DNA of 57,063 bases, filler included, from Sphacelaria rigidula (taxonomy: Eukaryota): assembly GCA_964200075.2 (NCBI GenBank). It is 8 parts of 8 records of this genome, joined end to end, with 100 filler letters (N's around TTAATTAATTAA, not from the genome) between each part and the next. Parts side by side here need not be neighbours in the genome. Positions count along the whole stretch, not along the records: positions 50,019 to 57,063 come from CAXNAA020016782.1; 7 more parts are not named here. One strand, 5' to 3'. The position numbers were made by a program, and so were the translations under genes. The stretch's first letter is position 1. Every line of letters begins with the position of its first letter. The notes under the pieces are model-generated. The model was not told the DNA's origin and did not search any database. It saw nothing but the letters and a program-made list of their open reading frames with translations. Positions 51,079 through 57,063 of this stretch are shown one piece after another.

Positions 51079-52325
51079 AAAGGTATGACATCTATACCAT
51101 GATATATATACCATATATATATATATATGTCATACCCTTTGTGTCCGTAGTACATACACGCATGATGAATGATGCAGCAGTGGGTCATTGCAGCCTCTGG
51201 GCACAGCGTATTACAGCCTATGGGCTCTCGCCATCTAGCTTCAAGCTGCAGTCTATAGCCCCCCCCCATCATCTACCATCAGTCGACATTTGAAATCACA
51301 TTATCACGAGACTGTCTTCTGCTGCTTTCACTGTTTACCCCTCTAAAACGCTGTAGGTCGTGCGCTATACGCTGCACAATGCACAATGTACAATCAAACC
51401 CACGGTACAACTATTGCGCAAAATATACATCACATTTTTCAATTCTACGTAGCATCAAATATGTACAAATAACATACAACAAACAGGAACGTTTGGCGGA
51501 TCAGACCCGCAACCATGGCATTTTCGAGTGCTGCAGTACTGCATTGAATATTCAAGCCCGTCCGGTGACGAGTGACGCCATGGGTCGTAGAGAGCAGTTT
51601 CAAGCAGCTGATACACAGGCTGCAGGAGGCGCGTCAAAACAAAATCGCAATTTTATGCGCGTTTTGAGCACATGATAAGCTTTTGAAACATTTTGAACTA
51701 TTTTAAAGCTTTTCGATAAAAAGGCTTAGTTAACCCTTAGCCCGCGAGGTTAGTCTCCTGTTGAATCGGCATCAATTTCAAGTGAAGAAAAGTATGCATG
51801 ATCCAGAAAGACTGATCTCACGGTCTAACGATTAAGCCCGAGGACCTCAAGTTGAACTCAACCTCAAGTGCGCTTACGGAGGTGCAGAGTGAAAAAACAG
51901 GCCTTCATTATGTTTTTATGGGAGGTTAGGCCGTTCTTGTAAAAAAATGGTCGCCACCATACTCGAACGCCCGAGATCAATGAAAAAAACCCATAAAATC
52001 CAACCTCCCGAATTCCTTCGGGACTTCACAGACAGCTGTACTTCATGCCTGTTGATTGTTCATGCCAAATTTCACCGCCCAACTCAAGAAACAAAATTGC
52101 GAATTCGCCTGCAAATTACAAATCCGCTTGTAGGCTGGCCCAGCCTGTATCTCACCCCAACAGTAACCATGAAGCACCATCACAGAAGTACTCCACGTCC
52201 AAGGGCATTCTGATCTCTGGTTGGCCATGATTTTGCCCGCACCGCGGTTCGAGCATGTCAGACAATAACCACCGCCCGTAAATAAATGCGTGTCGACGCG
52301 CCTATTTCGACACTGCATATGTCAG

Positions 52326-55300
52326 GAATCGCGGCGGCTGTCAGGCGAGGAAAGAGTCCGACCGCGAGCGAACTCTCCTCGCTTACCTGGATTGGTATGC
52401 CGACGTGTCCGGTGAGCTCATGCCCCACGAGGATGCGGTATATTTTTACATGCGCAACAAGAAGGTACGTACAAATAGCGGTTGGCGAGTCTCTGACGTA
52501 TTCATCCGTAGTCCCGCGTGCGCGCTCAGCAGCTGCACTTGCAAATCTTATTCGTGCCGTTAGGAAAGCCGCTCCCACCACGCAGTGGCGCAACCGCGCG
52601 GCGTTGTCAGCACACTCACCGAGACTCGCCATCCGCAATCGATACTTCTTGTCCAGAAAAAGGCGCGCCTTTCAAACGTTTTCCGTCACGTATCTTTCGT
52701 CGAGTCACGCTACGAAAGGCAGGGAAGTGTTTGAACCCACGAAAACATTGGTCCATAGATACCGCAGACGACCCAAAACGCTCGCGGTGCACTAGTTCTG
52801 TGGCAAAAGCGAAGCAAAGCAGTATGAGCGAGTGTTATTTATGTAGGACAGCGCGTCGGAACAACCACTACTGCTATCGACGGCAATTTCAAGCACAACA
52901 CCATACAAAAAAAAGGCCCGAAATTCCCCCTTCCACTCCCTCCCCCCTCCCCACTGTCCTACCGTAGCATGACCCTCTCCACTATCGATTCCACGCAAGC
53001 GCAGATTCGCGCGATCCATGGCGTTACTTATTCCTCCGATGCACCGGGATGTTCGGCAGGAATTGTACGACACTTACGTGGCAGAGGCGACTCGCGCCGG
53101 AGCGGCAGCCGTTAGCAAGGCCTATTTTTACCTCACGCTGCGGAAACGCCGTCCACACTACAAGATACGCTCCGGATGCTCGTTTATCAAGTGTTACAGC
53201 TGCACGCTTTTTCACGACACCCTGAATGGGACAGCAGGTGTGAGGGTAACGGCGAACCCCGACACGATGAAGAAGGCCGCATTGGGGCAAGCTGAGCATA
53301 TGAAGGTGAGGACATCGTGAGCTTATTCTGTATGCAGCGTCCCCACGACGCAAAAATACCGCGAATGGGCTACGACAGCCCAACCCCCAAAAGTCATGAG
53401 GAGACTCTGGCCTCGTACTCTTGTTGAGTAACTTGGTGTTGGTTTAACCGCGAGAAAAACGCGCATCCATGCACTCAACGACAACTAAATTGCGCACTTT
53501 TCTGCGCCGGGCTACGCCTCTGGTACGCCGAGTTAGATTTTTCACATATTAGCTGCAAACAATCTGTCACCATCACCTCCTGTTCATGTATTTCCAGGAT
53601 GCATCTTCACCACCCTCGGCTTGTTCAGGACTCAAGACCTTTTGTGATCGTACAGTTGCGCTAGTAGGGCGTGGATTTGGACGCCTCGTCCATTGTGTCA
53701 CTCCCCTCGCCCAGTACCACTTCATCCTCCTCTGAAGGCACGCTATCCCGCGAGTAGAGTGCCTCAGTCGAGCCGCGGGCGGCAGACAGGTCTTCCCGGG
53801 CCAAAGCACGCGTATTTGTTGAGGTGTCGCGATCGAGAAGTGAGTTTACCCAATCCCGCAGAGCCTAGTGCACCACCAGGCGCCCCTGGAAATGCCGCAC
53901 GTCGCCACCTCGCCGCTCCTTCAGATGTTGATGACAGACCGACAGCGGCTGACCACCATCAGCTCCGGTGCCATTAGAGCAAAGGCGAACATGGAACCAC
54001 TCAAGTACGTGTCCATGCAAGCAGACGCAGCAGCCCAAACGGCATTCGCGTTACCGATGTGCTCGCCGTTGACCCTCGGCACAGATAGGTGAGAGAGCGA
54101 TTATCGCGACAGCACGGATAACGAAGCATCATTCCCCCCCTTCCCCTTTGTATTTCAGTCCGATGCGATGATATTTCCCTGCATATCTCCAGGCCGTACA
54201 CGTGTGTTCTACGCCGTTCTGTCATCGTCTGCGCCCCCCCTCGCTTCAAATTTTCCCTCGCTTTTCTTCAGCCCCTAGAATTGGACGATTCCTTATACCT
54301 TCATTCTCTGCCCCTCATCTCGAAAAATACAAGGGCACCACACAGTATCCTGCCCGGAATATGCTGCGTTCTGGTGCAAACATCTTGTGTGAAGTGTGAC
54401 GAATGTTCCAATGTGTTTTCTCACGACCGTTTTGCTGCAAAGACGGTATTCGGAGAATTGTCTCTTCCGAGACCGCAGGTGGTGTCAAGGCATATATCGA
54501 GTTACTTATCGCCCTTCGAGGGTTTCTGTCATGAGCCGGGACGCCATAACAACTACGTGAGTAACTGATTCCCTCAATATCCATTCATGTTGCTTCAGTG
54601 GTGCATATGACTTGTGCTCGTCGTTGTTGGCGATCACCACATCTGGCAGGGGATACGCGGAGCGCCAAAACGTTATGGCAGTACTTGTGGAAGGGCAGTT
54701 CGTGGGATTCTTCCTGTCTTCCCTCACAGTCGGAGGAGGTGAATCCCTGCTCTCCCACGCGATGTGCACGCACTCACGGCATTTTTGAGCCAGACACCGC
54801 CCGCGATGAGCTGCGCACCGCGGGGGGTGACACTCGGCTATCTTGCTTTCTTATCCGAGCAATCTGCTCGGGATGCCTTTTCGTATCCCGACCGAGAGTA
54901 AGAGATGAGTTGTTACGGCATTCCTCGTAGCCAACAACCCCCGAGAATACTGACATTCGCGCCCTGACGCCGTCGTTGCTCGCCGCTGTGCAGGGAGCAA
55001 TCTCATTTGCACTTCAATCCACCTCGCGCTCACCCGATTATACGACTTGCACTGCACCAGCGACACACCAGCTTACATCGATGAGCTGTATCTGCAACTC
55101 GACAACTGTGTTGGTGAAAATAAGAACCACATCGCGCTGGGATACCTCGGATGTCTTGTGGCCCGTGGGACAATCGGCCGCGTGGAGATTAATTTCATGA
55201 TGGTGGGACATACCCACATCATGATAGACCAGGTCTTTTCGAGGTGCGTCGGGAATATCCTTGCAGACAACAGTGACGAGTGGGGGAAATTATGTAGCTT

Positions 55301-57063
55301 TGTGTCACGGGAAAAAATGGTCGTTCCTTATACGAACCGTAGTGAATCCAACCAAGACGTTGATTTTATCTCGTACACGAACGGACCCACCCACCCGAAC
55401 GGACCCACCCATCACAAGACCCGATGATGGTTACATCATCTACCCGCGACCCCCTGTTCCTCCCCGTGACGACGTCAAACTAACTCGTAATTTATCCGCG
55501 AATACGACAGGGGGCAAGGAGACATCATCCCCACCGCACTGGGAGGGATGAACGAAACCGTTTGCCTTCTACTGTGATACTGCAGGCGTGAAACCGTACC
55601 CATCACTCATTACTCCCGCCATATTTTGAAATTGTTTTGTCGTTCACGTTATCGTATTTTTTTCAGACGAGATATCTCACTGCACGAGTACCTCTGCCGT
55701 TGTTGACACGGGTTGCACAAGTCATGCGTTGCCTCCACAGACGCCGTGGGCAAAACCTTAAGAGCAGATGAAATACCGCCTCCGGCAGCGATATTCCACG
55801 CGACACGGTGTCCAGATATATGCGGTTTCGAAGCGCCGTAGGTGGACTGGACGTGAATCCACGATGACCCACAGCACACGTACTTACGCTCCAAAATAAC
55901 ATAACAACATGGGTCGAACAAACCGGCCTGATTTCGTACTGGCATATTCAGGGATATGTGTTATGCGTACAGCGAGGTGGCGATGAGAAGAAATTTAGAT
56001 GTATATAGCAATAACCGACGACAAAAGCATTGTAATTGTTTACCAGGATTTCCATTCACTGCAAGGGGGTTTGGCTGTTCACGAGAAGGCAGCAGGCGGA
56101 AGCTTTTCGCAAGGCATACAAGGCACTGGAGGTGTTCACCACTCTTCGCTCCCTCGGCAACTTCAAAGGAGCTGTCGGTGGAGGTGGCCGTGTGCTGCCC
56201 ATTTGTGACGTGACTCAGCCCCGTTCATTCGAAATCCGCCCAGCGGGGACGAAGCAGGTGACCGTCGGCATGAAGAAGCACATGCATGCTACAGTCTTCA
56301 CGGGAAAGACGGCCGCCGGGATCTACGAGGGAGCCCCTCACCCGCTCTTCTGCATGGGTGTTCCAGATCTGGAGTGCGCACCTCCGTTCGACCTGAAGGA
56401 AGCGGATGCCGCACAGCGAGATAACATACTGGCTCGCTACAACGCCGTCCACAGTCGGCTAGCTGCCCTCTGCCCCCTCGGTGCGTTGCACCTCTGGCAC
56501 CCCAAGTGATGACACTGTATCCTGATCGCTGTGTACTCTATTTATTTTGTTTTCGCTGCGGACGGCGGGTCCAAGTTTCTCACCCATATTTCTCATATCC
56601 TTTTCCCCACCGCAGGAGCGCATCCGAGCCCTGAATACCTTAGATGGACTGCCTCCACCCTCCCGTGCGACGCGCAGCTTTCGACAAACAGCAGGCCATC
56701 AAGGACGACATGGCGACGTCCCACCGACTTCTGGCCGCGAAAGGCTCAGTACCGTGGAACCTCCCGTGTCATTGGTTCAAACGTAATGGCCTGCAGTCAT
56801 CTGGAGGGTCACGGGAAGAGAGAGCGGGGGCAGATGGGGATGTTGATGTAGTCGAGGGGTCTGTGGGGGGGCAGAAGGCGCCTGTCGGTGAGAATCCGGG
56901 AAAAGGGGGTGTCCATAACTTAGTGCTAGGTAGCGGGGGCGACGGAGATGGCAATCCAGCAGGGTATGTTCCCTCGTTCGACAAGGGACATCTTGTTTTC
57001 TTTCTCGGTGACAAAGCTCCGTTTTCGGTGGGTAGGGTTACAGACAAGCGCGAGGGGACCGAT
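52326..57063 (+). CDS. Intron-containing DDD-type transposase (Sola-like / DUF7869-type), 5'- and 3'-incomplete; exons 52326-52464, 53060-53305, 53925-54088, 54650-54738, 54994-55243, 56047-~56480 and ~56644->57063
   Basis: The first six exons join in frame through canonical GT-AG introns (phases 0, 0, 2, 1, 2). Motifs: YLDWYADVSGELMPH, SKAYFYLTLRKRRPHYKIRSGCSFIKCYSC, YVSMQADAAAQTAFALP, VMAVLVEG, GSNLIC, LYLQLDNCVGENKN, FMMVGHTHIMIDQVFSRIS, QPRSFEIR. The last junction is uncertain. Confidence 0.8.
52702..52975 (+). mobile_element. GAG-TIR MITE, subfamily II, inside an intron of the transposase gene
   Basis: GAGTCACGCTACG ... CCTACCGTAGCATGACCC, with internal CTCGCGGTGC...AAAGCAGTATGA...ACGGCAATT shared with 20670-20918. 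Confidence 0.8.

Overview
Eukaryotic, repeat-rich DNA, most likely from a brown alga (inferred from GC-rich short exons, long GT-AG introns and the TE spectrum). The window is not one locus. It is eight independent contigs of 7045-7046 bp, apparently length-sorted and joined by 100-bp N44-TTAATTAATTAA-N44 spacers, so nothing is syntenic across spacers. Host genes are four in-frame exons of a type II pantothenate kinase (minus strand, 5' end off-contig), one J-domain (DnaJ) exon, and a few weak orphan exons. Mobile DNA includes two decayed APE-RT LINE copies, a decayed Ty1/copia element, Ty3/gypsy fragments, three tRNA-derived SINE families and several MITE families. The most notable item is an intron-split DDD-type (Sola-like/DUF7869-type) transposase gene in the last contig. 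It reads through six exons without a stop, is not visible as a single ORF, and appears to have an extra C-terminal domain. A MITE family with GAG...CTC termini and ~4-bp target duplications (Sola-like hallmarks) occurs at least seven times in the window, once inside an intron of that gene. No CRISPR array, rRNA or intact tRNA gene was found.
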